The translations under genes and the position numbers were made by a program. Positions 16,992 to 26,779 of a DNA stretch of 32,000 nucleotides are shown here, one piece after another. The notes beneath the pieces were generated by a model. It saw only the letters and a program-made list of their open reading frames with translations. It was not told the origin of the DNA and made no database searches. Source of the stretch: Candidatus Hermodarchaeota archaeon (lineage in GTDB: Archaea > Asgardarchaeota > Heimdallarchaeia > Hodarchaeales > Hodarchaeaceae); NCBI GenBank assembly GCA_048886185.1, contig JBHLKY010000019.1, positions 30,001-62,000 of the forward strand. The letters run 5' to 3'. Numbering within the stretch: position 1 is the stretch's first letter; each line of letters opens with the position of its first letter.

Positions 16992-18161
16992 CTAAGCTCT
17001 ATGACTTAAAAATGGCATTAATGTTAGTTGGCCTTGCTTACTTTTCAGAGATGCAACACGGACACCTATTAATCGTACTTTTTTTGATGATGATCTAAAT
17101 TCATTTAGGAGTTTGTTCGCAGAATTCAAAATCACCATCTCATCGTCAATATAATTACTGAAGCTTGAACTTCTCATGAACGTCTCATAACCTTGAAATC
17201 GTATTTTAATTGATACGTTTCGGGTCATAAGATTATTTTTATGGAGTTTATCAGTAAGTCTAGAAATAATATCTCTCACTTTTGATTCAATAAGGTTCCA
17301 ATCACTTTGGTCTGTTCCAAAGGTTCTTTCAGAACCAATCGATTTTCGTTCTCCCCTTGTGTATCCTACTTCTTTATAATTAGTCCCCTGAGTCACTTTT
17401 CGTAAATACAATCCATAATCTCCAAGAAGAAGAAAAGCTCTTTCTCGAGACATTGTTGCAATGTCTCCAATGGAACTTATCTCTTTATTATGTAAGCGAT
17501 TCTCGGTTTTTTTACCGACCCCCACAATTTTCCTTACTGGTAAATGATATATTTTTTCTTCTAATTCTGAATTGTGAACGATTGTAATTCCACTGGGCTT
17601 ATTTAGATCAGAAGCTATTTTAGCTATTGATTTAGTCTCTGCCACTCCTATTGACACTGATAGTGCTAAATCTTTACGAATTTCTGTTTGAATGGCTTTA
17701 GCAATGGATTCTGGAGAGGATCCGTAGGCTTGCCATGAATTTGTTGCATCAATATAGGCCTCATCCACCCCTGCTTGTTGGAATTTGTCTCCATATTTTT
17801 GGAGTCTTGACATGACCGCTTTTGATTCCACATGATAATCTGAAAAAGAAATCTGGCTTCCAGAACATATGTATACACCATGTTTACATAAATTATATGC
17901 TTGAGAGATAGGCATACCTGAATGTAATCCAAATTTTCGAGCCTCATAAGAACAGGTTGATACTACACCACGTCCATTCCCCTTTTGGGGATCCGAACCG
18001 ATTATGACTGGGAATCCTTTAAGAAATGGATTATATTTTATATGGACACTCGCAAAAAAGGAATCTAGATCCACATGTAGAATTACATACTTCCATTCCA
18101 ATAAAGAATCACCATATTTTAAATGTCCGTATAGCATTAAATAACTTTGAACCACCATCAT
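16992..18161 (-). CDS. dinB: Y-family DNA polymerase IV (DinB/Dbh/Dpo4)
   Basis: HVDLDSFFAS, GVVSTCSYEARKFGLHSGMP, GVDEAYID, SIGVAETKSIAKIASDLNKPSG, KSIGSERTF and VRLIGVRV motifs; C-terminal QLTLMPFL clamp-binding motif. Confidence 0.95.
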   Translation of the reverse strand: MMVVQSYLMLYGHLKYGDSLLEWKYVILHVDLDSFFASVHIKYNPFLKGFPVIIGSDPQKGNGRGVVSTCSYEARKFGLHSGMPISQAYNLCKHGVYICSGSQISFSDYHVESKAVMSRLQKYGDKFQQAGVDEAYIDATNSWQAYGSSPESIAKAIQTEIRKDLALSVSIGVAETKSIAKIASDLNKPSGITIVHNSELEEKIYHLPVRKIVGVGKKTENRLHNKEISSIGDIATMSRERAFLLLGDYGLYLRKVTQGTNYKEVGYTRGERKSIGSERTFGTDQSDWNLIESKVRDIISRLTDKLHKNNLMTRNVSIKIRFQGYETFMRSSSFSNYIDDEMVILNSANKLLNEFRSSSKKVRLIGVRVASLKSKQGQLTLMPFLSHRA

Positions 18162-18253
18162 AAAAAATTTAACTGCCCTTTTACGCGTTTTATAGATCGT
18201 ATGGTCACAATCTGTAAAAGAATAATTAGCTTAAGTATGAGATTAGTATCACA

Positions 18254-18969
18254 TTAAGTATTCCGAGTTAATGGAACCTCATTAAGAATATTTAATTCTT
18301 TTGTTGAAATAGGATCGTAAAAACACTTTACTGCACAAACCTGAACTTCTCGACTAATTGCTTCCGTTAGTTTATTAGAAAATAAGGGATCAATTTGGTT
18401 GTTTAGTTTAAAAGCATCAACATCGCTTCTCTTAATTATAAAAACCAAGAATGATTGAAATTTCTTCATAGCTCTTGTCAAGTCATTTAAATGCTTTACT
18501 TCCCGTTTCGTGGGGCTATCTGGGAAAAGTGCAACTCTATTTTTAGCTAATGTGAGGCTTTTTACTTCAATCAGTGCTTTTTGATTGGTCTCTGTGTTAG
18601 CATTAGGAAGTCAAACCGACTTTTACCATAGTTATACCAAGATTGGATGATTCTTAATCCTTTGAAACGGGATATTCTATAAAATTCTTCTTTAAACAAT
18701 CGATTTGTTTGTTGTGAATCAATATTGACCCAAGTTTCTTTTGTTTTTACGCCAACTAATGAGTATTGAGTTTTACGAGTAGGATTAGATCTCTTCTGAA
18801 GGATAACTGGAGTATTCTGTAGTAATAATTCTTTTAATCTCCCTGGATCTGCGACATGTGCTTCCACAAGAAAAGTTGACTGATTTGCAGATCCGAGTTC
18901 AATTTTTGCCAAGAAGCGGGTTGGTCGTCCTATAAATTTTCCAAGTGCATAAGATCCTGTACACTTCAT
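18254..18969 (-). pseudogene. sfsA: Frameshifted sugar fermentation stimulation protein A (SfsA nuclease family)
   Basis: The 5' part gives RPTRFLA...AHVADPGRLKELL...RKTQYSL...WVNIDS...YGKSRFDFL. A second frame continues ...QKALIEVKSLTL...ALFPDSPTKREVKHL...IDPLF to TAA 18254-18256. One base is missing somewhere in 18574-18610. Confidence 0.85.
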
Positions 18970-19181
18970 TATATATACAACTTTGAGAATAATAGATGAA
19001 TCTTATAATTTTTTAGTGATACTTCGTGCAGTTGACACCGAAGGTTTGATAAACTAGAATCATTATCAATATGAAGTGATTGTCTTTTCCAGAAAAAGAT
19101 AAAAAAAAGAGACGAAAATAAGAAAATTATATCCATATACTCAACTGGAAAGTTATTATTTTCTCTGAATGACGTCATAGA

Positions 19182-19796
19182 GTGAATTTAGTGAGCAAAA
19201 TGGCCAAAGATGCTACCACGATTGATCCTAAAGTCCTTTCGAAGTTTCAAGATGTAGTAAAAAAAGCTAGCGCTTTGGCTGAAGATGGCGCCTTTGAAGA
19301 AGCAATAACTCTTCTTCAAGATGAATTAAAAGAAGCAGAAAAGCTAGAATTTGTGCAACCAGAGGTAAATATCCGGAATTCACTTGGGATTTTACTTTGG
19401 AAGAATAATTCATTTAATGATTTTCTGGAAATTACAGCACAATCTTTAGCTCTAGCTCGAGCACATAATTATAAGAAAGGAGTGGCTGAAGCTCTTTTAA
19501 ATTTAGCTTGGGTTCTTGCTATGGAGAAAAAGGACTTTATCAGGTCCTTTGATTTCACTGAAGAGGCTCTTCAGGTCACAGAGGATATTGGGTATGAGAA
19601 GGGAATAGCAACATCTATGTACATAATTTCTACAGCATACAAATTTAAAAAAATGGAAGATAAAGCCAAATATTACTTGGAAAGAAGTTTAGCTATCTCA
19701 ATGAGGTTAGCAGAGACTGATCTGTTGATTCCAAGTGAAACAGGATTAACTGAAGAAGAAAAGGAACAGTTGAAAGACGCACTCGATTTGTTATGA
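19182..19796 (+). CDS. Tetratricopeptide-repeat protein
   Basis: Repeats NSLGILLW...SLALARAHNYKKGVAEALLNLA...EALQVTEDIGYEKGIATSMYIIS...YLERSLAI. Confidence 0.82.
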   Translation: MNLVSKMAKDATTIDPKVLSKFQDVVKKASALAEDGAFEEAITLLQDELKEAEKLEFVQPEVNIRNSLGILLWKNNSFNDFLEITAQSLALARAHNYKKGVAEALLNLAWVLAMEKKDFIRSFDFTEEALQVTEDIGYEKGIATSMYIISTAYKFKKMEDKAKYYLERSLAISMRLAETDLLIPSETGLTEEEKEQLKDALDLL

Positions 19797-20189
19797 AAGC
19801 TTAACTCGAAACCTTTTCAATTATCCTTCTAATTGTATTTTTATTAATGAGGTATTGAACTCGGGAATATTACGGTTTAAAAGGGTATTTTTGCTGTCAG
19901 TACATTAATTCATTTGATTTTACATTTTATAGCCCCTTTAATAAGCCCTAGAATTATTGCTTCTTTGAATGAGATTTGGTTATAAATATAAAGAAAATGT
20001 TTGTAAATTAACGTAGTATAACAATCTTAATTAAACATCTTTATGAAAAAGTTGGATTGTATATTATAATAATGATTAGAGAAGTTCTTAAAATTTAAAA
20101 AAGATAACCGTGCAAATTTATAGTAGATTTTTTACTTCCTCTTGTAATCTGTTTACTTATCTTCCCCTTCCACTGAGGCGATCGTAAGA

Positions 20190-20591
20190 ATGGCACGAAT
20201 CCTTCTTGTCGATGATGAACGAGATCTTCTTATGATTTACACCAAGCTCTTGATGATGGAAGGCCATGACGTTGTTGATTCAGCCAGTAATGGTAGGGAA
20301 GCTATAAAAAAATTTTCTGAACTCCCTATCAAACCTGATATCATTATCATGGATTATAGAATGCCTGTTCTTGATGGTTTAGTGGCTATGAAGGAAATTT
20401 TGAATATGACTCCTGATGCAAAGGTTTTGTTTGTTAGTGCAGAGAAAAGAGTCGAGAAGGAAGCCGTTGAAGCAGGAGCCATTGGTTTCTTCACAAAACC
20501 GACCAGTATTCGTACTCTATTAACTGAAATAGATCGAATTCAACAACTTCAAACAGAAAGAATAAAGAAAAAGACAAAGGAAGCAGAATAA
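20190..20591 (+). CDS. Stand-alone response-regulator receiver (CheY-like)
   Basis: ILLVDDE, IIIMDYRMPVLDG (phosphoacceptor Asp), FVSA and FFTKP. Confidence 0.92.
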   Translation: MARILLVDDERDLLMIYTKLLMMEGHDVVDSASNGREAIKKFSELPIKPDIIIMDYRMPVLDGLVAMKEILNMTPDAKVLFVSAEKRVEKEAVEAGAIGFFTKPTSIRTLLTEIDRIQQLQTERIKKKTKEAE

Positions 20592-20682
20592 TAATAATCT
20601 GTATGCAGAGAGGAGGCAAAAATGGAGGAGATTGAATTGAGATTGGAATTCTATCTAAAAATCTACCTGTCTATTGATCATA

Positions 20683-21765
20683 TTATGATGTATTGAAAAA
20701 TTGGTCAAGATTCGTTTTTTGAGAGGTTTTTGTATTATTACGGTCTTTTTTAATGTTTATCATATGGTTAATCCATGATTTAGTCATTTTTTTCGGAAAA
20801 ATACGATTAAGTTCTCTTATGAGTGATTCTAGAGTTAAAGAGTCATCCTCTCTGATTCGGTTGTACGTATATTGCATAACCTGAAAGAATTGAGTCGTAC
20901 CAAAAACCTTGTATTGCGCTTCAATGGCGGGTTGTTTCCATTTTTCTCTAATTCGTGTATAAATTAGATCTGCATACTCCCTATTTATCTCGTAACCTAT
21001 TCCTTTTCTTAACGTCAGTCGGCATATTTTAAGAGTGGTTCCTGAGCCTAAGAAAGGATCTAAAACTGTTTCCCCTACCATGGTGTGCATTCTTATCAAT
21101 CTGTATGGAATATCTTCTGGGAAAGGCGCAGAATGTCCGAAACGATTTTCACCTTTTGAATCAATCTTAAAAACAGGAGTAATATCATCCCAGAAACATC
21201 GTACGGCCCAATGTCGCCATTCATTTTTCGAGAGTGAACTTTGAGCTAAAGCTTGTTTTGAAGCCTTTCTCGTTTTACCAGGTTTGACCCATACAAATAT
21301 TTGTTCGAAACCAGTATTAGAAGCAATATTCGTTGGCTTGGGATAACTGCCCCAAGATACATTAGAGACATATTCTGCTTTGTCCCAATAGTGCATACCT
21401 GATAAAAAAAATCGTTTTTGTCTCATGAACTTTTCAATATCCCACATAATGTTCTGGATTATTCGACGGTTAAATCCTGATCGGCTACTTTCAACTGGGA
21501 GTGGTTGAATATTAATAGCAATTTTACCATTGGGCTGTAAAACCCGAATACATTCTTTCCAAACATTGTTTAATGATTTAATATAATTATCATAGTTTTG
21601 TCCGAAACCTATCTGTTCTCCTCCATAATCACGAACATTCCAATAAGGAGGTGAGGTAACAACTAAAGTTACGGACTCAGATGGAATCTCTGTCATGCTT
21701 TCAGATGACTTGAAATAGACCAACTGGCCATCAATTTCTAATTTATCTGATTTATTATATTCCAT
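20683..21765 (-). CDS. Orphan amino-DNA methyltransferase (beta class, SPPY; likely N4-cytosine) with C-terminal extension
   Basis: Motif IV VTSPPY comes before HSAPFP and motif I LDPFLGSGTT (beta order). An ~80-aa extra C-terminal region ends QKTNLDQFF. No restriction endonuclease ORF is adjacent. Confidence 0.9.
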   Translation of the reverse strand: MEYNKSDKLEIDGQLVYFKSSESMTEIPSESVTLVVTSPPYWNVRDYGGEQIGFGQNYDNYIKSLNNVWKECIRVLQPNGKIAINIQPLPVESSRSGFNRRIIQNIMWDIEKFMRQKRFFLSGMHYWDKAEYVSNVSWGSYPKPTNIASNTGFEQIFVWVKPGKTRKASKQALAQSSLSKNEWRHWAVRCFWDDITPVFKIDSKGENRFGHSAPFPEDIPYRLIRMHTMVGETVLDPFLGSGTTLKICRLTLRKGIGYEINREYADLIYTRIREKWKQPAIEAQYKVFGTTQFFQVMQYTYNRIREDDSLTLESLIRELNRIFPKKMTKSWINHMINIKKDRNNTKTSQKTNLDQFFNTS

Positions 21766-21777
21766 TTGCCTTTCCTT

Positions 21778-22374
21778 TCATGTCTCTTTCAAATTAAGGG
21801 AATATGTTTCTTTTATTGATTTTGATTGCCGCCAATAAATGGGTTTAAATTTTCCTAGGTTAAATGCCCAATTATCTATTATTTTATCATCAATTAATAC
21901 CTCCACTACTTCTCCAATAAACAAATCGTGGTCCCCAGTGATGATAATTCTTTGTAATTCACATTCAAGATTAATGAGACATTCTTTTAATCGAGGGGCT
22001 TCAATCTTGTTTGATGCCTCAATGGTAAATCCAGCTTCTTTGATTTTCTGAGGTTTCTCGCGACCACTGTGACTACCAATATGATAACTTCCTTCGATCT
22101 GGGTTATATTCGGAATATTTACTACAAACTCTTCATTTTGCCTTATTAGTTCATGTGAATATCTATATCTACTTATAGAAACTCCTAGTAATGGTGGTGT
22201 GACTGATAATGGGCATGACCAAGCGATAGTTAATGCGTTTGGATTGATAACAGTTCCTGATGAGACTAAAACAGTAAGTCTAGGGTATAGATAGCGATAA
22301 GCAGTACTCAAATCTGAGATTGGATGTTTCATGATTCTATTTCCTTTATTATTAGCTCCAATAGTATTTTTCAA
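21778..22374 (-). CDS. Flavin reductase-like family protein
   Basis: YPRLTVLVSSG, EFVVNIP, GSHSGR, APRLKECLINLECEL and GDHDLFIGEV. The true start may be Met15. Confidence 0.88.
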   Translation of the reverse strand: MKNTIGANNKGNRIMKHPISDLSTAYRYLYPRLTVLVSSGTVINPNALTIAWSCPLSVTPPLLGVSISRYRYSHELIRQNEEFVVNIPNITQIEGSYHIGSHSGREKPQKIKEAGFTIEASNKIEAPRLKECLINLECELQRIIITGDHDLFIGEVVEVLIDDKIIDNWAFNLGKFKPIYWRQSKSIKETYSLNLKET

Positions 22375-22375
22375 T

Positions 22376-23257
22376 TTATAATCTAAAATTTCTTAATAGT
22401 TCTAAATTCTGTTGATCACTTATTTCTTGGTCTTTTGGGGTTTCTAGGATCATTGATAATTTCTTAAAGCGGGGATTTTGCATTAGTTCGATAAAACATT
22501 CTAATCCAATGTAACCTTTGCCAATATGTTCATGCTGATCAATTCCAGATCCAAGGGGGCCTTTAGAGTCATTAATGTGAAATATCTTGATTTTATTTTT
22601 CCCTATCACTTCTTCAATTTTATCTATAACCTCATTCAATCCTTCTGGAGAAGATATATCATAACCAGATGAAAAAGCATGAGCAGTGTCAAAGCAGATT
22701 CCGAAAAACTGTTCTTCCTCCATATTCCCAAAGATTCTTTCGAAATGTTCAACTTTACTTCCCCAAGTTTTTCTTTTGGCCGTTGAGTTCTCTAATAAAA
22801 TCATCGTGGAGATTTCCATGTGTTTCCTAGCTTTGTTTAAAGCTTTGCCAATCCGATCAGCAGCAAATTTTTCGTCCCGATTTTTTGGACTTCCTAGATG
22901 TGTAATAACATATGGAACTTTTAATATTACCATTTTTTCTACCTCTTGGATCAAGACTCTGACCGATTTTTCGTAAAGACTATCATCTGGAGAAGCAAGA
23001 TTTGGTAGGTACGGCATATGGATAGCAGTATCATAATAATTAGCAGCTACTGATTTTTGAATGAATCGTTTAATGATTTCAGGAGAAAGAGCTTGTTTCC
23101 CTGCCTCCCATCTTCTTGGTGGTCGTGTAAAAATTTGTAAGCATTCACATGTGCTTTGTAATCCGCGATCCACAGCAAGATCAATGGACTTGGCAATTGA
23201 TTTATGAGCACCTAATCTTGGTCCAATAGGATTTTCTTTGACCATATTAGTAATCAC
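22376..23257 (-). CDS. nfo: Endonuclease IV (AP endonuclease 2)
   Basis: LGAHKS, QIFT, HMPYLPNLAS, THLGS, LLENS, CFDTAH, FHINDSKGPLGSGIDQHEHIG and ILETP metal-ligand motifs. Confidence 0.93.
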   Translation of the reverse strand: MITNMVKENPIGPRLGAHKSIAKSIDLAVDRGLQSTCECLQIFTRPPRRWEAGKQALSPEIIKRFIQKSVAANYYDTAIHMPYLPNLASPDDSLYEKSVRVLIQEVEKMVILKVPYVITHLGSPKNRDEKFAADRIGKALNKARKHMEISTMILLENSTAKRKTWGSKVEHFERIFGNMEEEQFFGICFDTAHAFSSGYDISSPEGLNEVIDKIEEVIGKNKIKIFHINDSKGPLGSGIDQHEHIGKGYIGLECFIELMQNPRFKKLSMILETPKDQEISDQQNLELLRNFRL

Positions 23258-23344
23258 GCTCAGTATGATTAAAAATACTGAAATAAAATTTTTTTAAAAA
23301 TAGATATCTGTAAGAATCTCACTTTAATATGCTTCTGTGATAGC

Positions 23345-24301
23345 ATGAAACATCTTCAACCCAAGACAAAGTGTCAAATTAGCTTAATTGTTGCTACAGT
23401 AGCAGTATCTTGGGCTTCAATTTTAATTACGATCTTATTAAGTTCTCCTCACAATGTTCCAGCAGTTGTTATTGCTTTTTGGCGTTTGTTCTTATCTGTC
23501 CTATTTCTTGTTCCCTTTTTGTTACATGAAGAAATCAGAAATCAATTTAAACCGTTCTTTGACATTTCTTATCTTCGTATATTCGTTTTATCAGGTTTAT
23601 TTCTTTCTCTTCATTTTCTTTCATGGATTTCTAGTTTAGATCCATCATTTGGATTATCTGTAGCTGTGTCGGTGTTAGTTGTCAATTCTTCACCAATTTG
23701 GGTTGTAGTCATTTCATTCTTGTTATTACGTGAAAAGATAACCTTTTATCAATTAATTGGTTTACTTTTAGGATTCGGAGGTTTATTATTGATATCATTC
23801 CCCCCTAACTCCCCAAAATCCATCACTTTACTCCCAGAAGGGATTTCTCTGGCATTTTTTGGAGCTCTCATGGTTGCTTGCTATTTTATTATTGGAAAAC
23901 GAATGCGATCACATCATACTGTTCCCAATATCCCCTATGTTTTCTTTGTCAATTTTTTCTGTTCAGTATTTCTTTTTATTTATGCATTGATCTTAGGAGA
24001 AGATATTTTTCGCATCGGTTTAAGTGATGTAGTGCTGTTCGTTGCATTGGCTATTGGCCCAAGTCTTTTAGGACACGCAATGTATACTTATGCTATGAAG
24101 CAAATTTCGGCTCAAACAGTTTCTTTAGCAGTTATCGGGGAAACAGTGGGAGCTTCTCTATTAGCTTGGTTAATATTTTCTCAAGTACTGCCCCCAATTA
24201 CCCTTATTGGAGGTTTTCTCATTATAATAGGAATATTTTTGAATGTGAAGTTCGACATTTCGAGCCTACAGACAATTACATCCCCACAAAACACTGATTA
24301 A
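23345..24301 (+). CDS. DMT/EamA-family transporter
   Basis: IAFWRL, LSLHFLSWISSL, LVVNSSPIW, GPSLLGH and ETVGASLLAW motifs; about 10 TM segments. Confidence 0.9.
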   Translation: MKHLQPKTKCQISLIVATVAVSWASILITILLSSPHNVPAVVIAFWRLFLSVLFLVPFLLHEEIRNQFKPFFDISYLRIFVLSGLFLSLHFLSWISSLDPSFGLSVAVSVLVVNSSPIWVVVISFLLLREKITFYQLIGLLLGFGGLLLISFPPNSPKSITLLPEGISLAFFGALMVACYFIIGKRMRSHHTVPNIPYVFFVNFFCSVFLFIYALILGEDIFRIGLSDVVLFVALAIGPSLLGHAMYTYAMKQISAQTVSLAVIGETVGASLLAWLIFSQVLPPITLIGGFLIIIGIFLNVKFDISSLQTITSPQNTD

Positions 24302-24322
24302 CCAACTTGTTGGCATAAAAGT

Positions 24323-26692
24323 TTATTTTTTTTCCAAGTATTTTCTAGAAAAAAGTAGAAGAATGATTGAATAGACTGTCAACATTCCAATGAAGTGGAA
24401 TGCATCAATTCCACCTGTCCTTGGACTGGATTCATTTTGCGATGTTGAGCTTGTATTGTTTTCTATAAGAGTGGAATTATTCGGCTGGTCAAGGTATTTT
24501 AATGACATTTCTAAAAGCTGAGTTAAAACCTCCCCTGGAACCAATTCAGGTTGAAAAAGAAAATTGACAAGTTTATATTCTCCATTATCGACATAATAGC
24601 CCTTGGTATCATATCCAAGAAATTCTGGATCTTCATCACGAAGGATGGGAACAGCTCCAGATAATAAAGTAACAACCTCTCCATCACTACTTCGATTTTT
24701 GCGAAGTGAATCAATAGGGCCTAGTGTGAATGGAGCAATCGATTTTAAAAATTCCTGGCCTCTTAATAGAGAGACTGGAGCCCGAAAGTTTGTTGGACTT
24801 TGAGCTCGGAATATTCCTTTAATTTCATCATAGACGTCTCTATCTTGATTACTGAAATCAAAAATATTATAATTTGACAAGAAAATGATACGTGAAGGAT
24901 TAATTTCTGTAGATGATTCCAAATATTTCTTAATTTCTTTGAACTCATTGGAATTTATGTGAGAATTACTTATTGGAGTGATTTCTGGATTTCCCACCCA
25001 TATAACATATTTATAACGCCTTAATTCTTCCGCAGTAATTTCTGCTTCAGAAAGAGAACTTGTACTTAAGATGTCATATTGGCCAAAGTAGCCTAGATCA
25101 TCTAATGCGGAAAGAACAGAATTTTCTGATGTCCGTCCAAGATCATCATCTACTACAAGTATCGTTCCATTTGTATTATCTACTTCCATAAATAGAAAGG
25201 AAGAATAACCAACGTAAGGAATGTTTGAACTATCTGAGGCCCTAGCTCGTATTATGTGATCTCCCTCTCTCATTTGTGTGGTATCCCACACAAACTGATA
25301 AGTGCCTTCTAAGTTTGTGCTAGGGGTACATCTTTGCCAAGGGCCATTGTCAATAGAAATTTCTGTTTGAGAAATATTTAGCGAATATGTTCCTGAAATT
25401 GTGATCATTATATTGTAAATTCCTCTTATGGGCTGACTAGGTGGAATTATTTCTACTTTCGGAATGTTTTTTTCGTTTGTTACTCTTAAGCTGTAAGATA
25501 AATTATTATATTTCTCTATAAGCTGAACTGCCCACCCTTTTCCAGAGATATATGTACCAATATCTCCTTCAGATAAAGAAAATGCTGCATCTTCCTTATT
25601 TCCACTAGTTTCAGGATGAGCATCAATCACCTCCCATGAGGGATATACATTTGGGATCAATTGGTTTGTTTGAATCTGAGAGTTACGGGGGCCAACCTGT
25701 ATTTTAGAAATAACAACGCCATGTTTAGGGAGATTTCTGTCATAATCAAGATTCTCTCTGACACTTACTGTCCATCCTCTACCATATTGTGGCTCTGTGA
25801 ACCCTGAAGAGTTCCATCCCAATTCAAGCCACATGATACCGCTAGGTTCAGTGATAGCAATTGGATTAACAGTGATAAATGTATCATCTGAATAATTAGA
25901 GATTTGGAGCCTATGTGCATCTGTAAGAAACTGTGGTGAATCGGTACGGGAAACATGACTATAATATTTTTGCCATATAGAAATATGTCCTTCTCCATAG
26001 GCCATAAGACAGTATGGGCCTACAAAGATCTGCTTAAAATTATTCGCATGATCATAGAGGTCTGGAAAATAGAGTTCATGACCAAGTTCATGTGATGGGG
26101 TAACATATGAAATAAATTCGTGATTTATCGAATATTCGACACTTGTAAGTCCGAACCGACGTAAATCAAATTTATGAGACCAAATATCATCTGAATTTCC
26201 AGAGTATTCTTGGCCATCTCCAGAGTGAATTATCACAAAAAGATCATAATTTTCTGGATTTTTACCTTCTTTCAAGCAATATGTTCGCGATTCATTGACT
26301 AGATAATCAGGGCGAATATCTACATTCTCAAGCCTTCCACCTGCTCCATAGTAAGCAATTCCATGTTTAGCTCGAATCCAACCTAATACTTCACCCTCCA
26401 AGGTCACATCTCGATAAGTGACATTTTGGAAATACTGGTTCACACTATTAGTTTCAGTAGAAAAAAATAGATCTTCATAAAATTGAACTGTGTGTGTTGG
26501 ATGATGTGGATCATCAGGTAACTCTATTAAGACGATGAGTACACGAAGGTTTGTATTGGCTGAAATTTCGTTGGATTGAACTAGGTTGAGGAAATCTTCA
26601 TTTTCAATACTGTTAATAGGATATACATTCATTTGAATGACTGTACTAGCAATAATGATGGAAACTTGAAAGAAAATCCAAGATTTATTCAC
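24323..26692 (-). CDS. Surface-anchored M6 (immune inhibitor A-like) metalloprotease with Ig-like domain
   Basis: SVNQYFQNVTY, DLFVIIHSGDGQE, IWSH, SHELGHELYFPDLYD and GPYCLM; later EISIDNG...WDTTQMREGDHIIRARASD (Ig-like); C-terminal TM plus basic tail. Confidence 0.85.
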   Translation of the reverse strand: MNKSWIFFQVSIIIASTVIQMNVYPINSIENEDFLNLVQSNEISANTNLRVLIVLIELPDDPHHPTHTVQFYEDLFFSTETNSVNQYFQNVTYRDVTLEGEVLGWIRAKHGIAYYGAGGRLENVDIRPDYLVNESRTYCLKEGKNPENYDLFVIIHSGDGQEYSGNSDDIWSHKFDLRRFGLTSVEYSINHEFISYVTPSHELGHELYFPDLYDHANNFKQIFVGPYCLMAYGEGHISIWQKYYSHVSRTDSPQFLTDAHRLQISNYSDDTFITVNPIAITEPSGIMWLELGWNSSGFTEPQYGRGWTVSVRENLDYDRNLPKHGVVISKIQVGPRNSQIQTNQLIPNVYPSWEVIDAHPETSGNKEDAAFSLSEGDIGTYISGKGWAVQLIEKYNNLSYSLRVTNEKNIPKVEIIPPSQPIRGIYNIMITISGTYSLNISQTEISIDNGPWQRCTPSTNLEGTYQFVWDTTQMREGDHIIRARASDSSNIPYVGYSSFLFMEVDNTNGTILVVDDDLGRTSENSVLSALDDLGYFGQYDILSTSSLSEAEITAEELRRYKYVIWVGNPEITPISNSHINSNEFKEIKKYLESSTEINPSRIIFLSNYNIFDFSNQDRDVYDEIKGIFRAQSPTNFRAPVSLLRGQEFLKSIAPFTLGPIDSLRKNRSSDGEVVTLLSGAVPILRDEDPEFLGYDTKGYYVDNGEYKLVNFLFQPELVPGEVLTQLLEMSLKYLDQPNNSTLIENNTSSTSQNESSPRTGGIDAFHFIGMLTVYSIILLLFSRKYLEKK

Positions 26693-26779
26693 TCAATTCA
26701 CCGTTTGAATAACTAATAACAACATTTTAAATGAAAATTTAATAAATTCCTATTCCTTTTTGTTGTAATTGAGGATCAC

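Noticed and set aside
18969-19178. 69-aa minus-strand ORF overlapping the sfsA start
   Set aside because: No recognisable motif; low-complexity F/I/S composition derived from A-tracts; lies in a divergent promoter region.
19797-20189. Long gap with a partially open minus-strand frame (YTTLIYKHFLYIYNQISFKEAIILGLIKGAIKCKIK*)
   Set aside because: No recognisable family and frequent stops; consistent with AT-rich promoter/terminator DNA.
20683-21765. Type II restriction-modification system
   Set aside because: Flanking genes are a receiver domain and a flavin reductase; no candidate restriction endonuclease is adjacent (the SfsA nuclease-fold gene is broken and ~1.7 kb away).
23260-23281. 7-bp inverted repeat TCAGTAT-N8-ATACTGA between divergent nfo and DMT genes
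   Set aside because: Short and AT-rich; expected by chance in this composition without conservation data.
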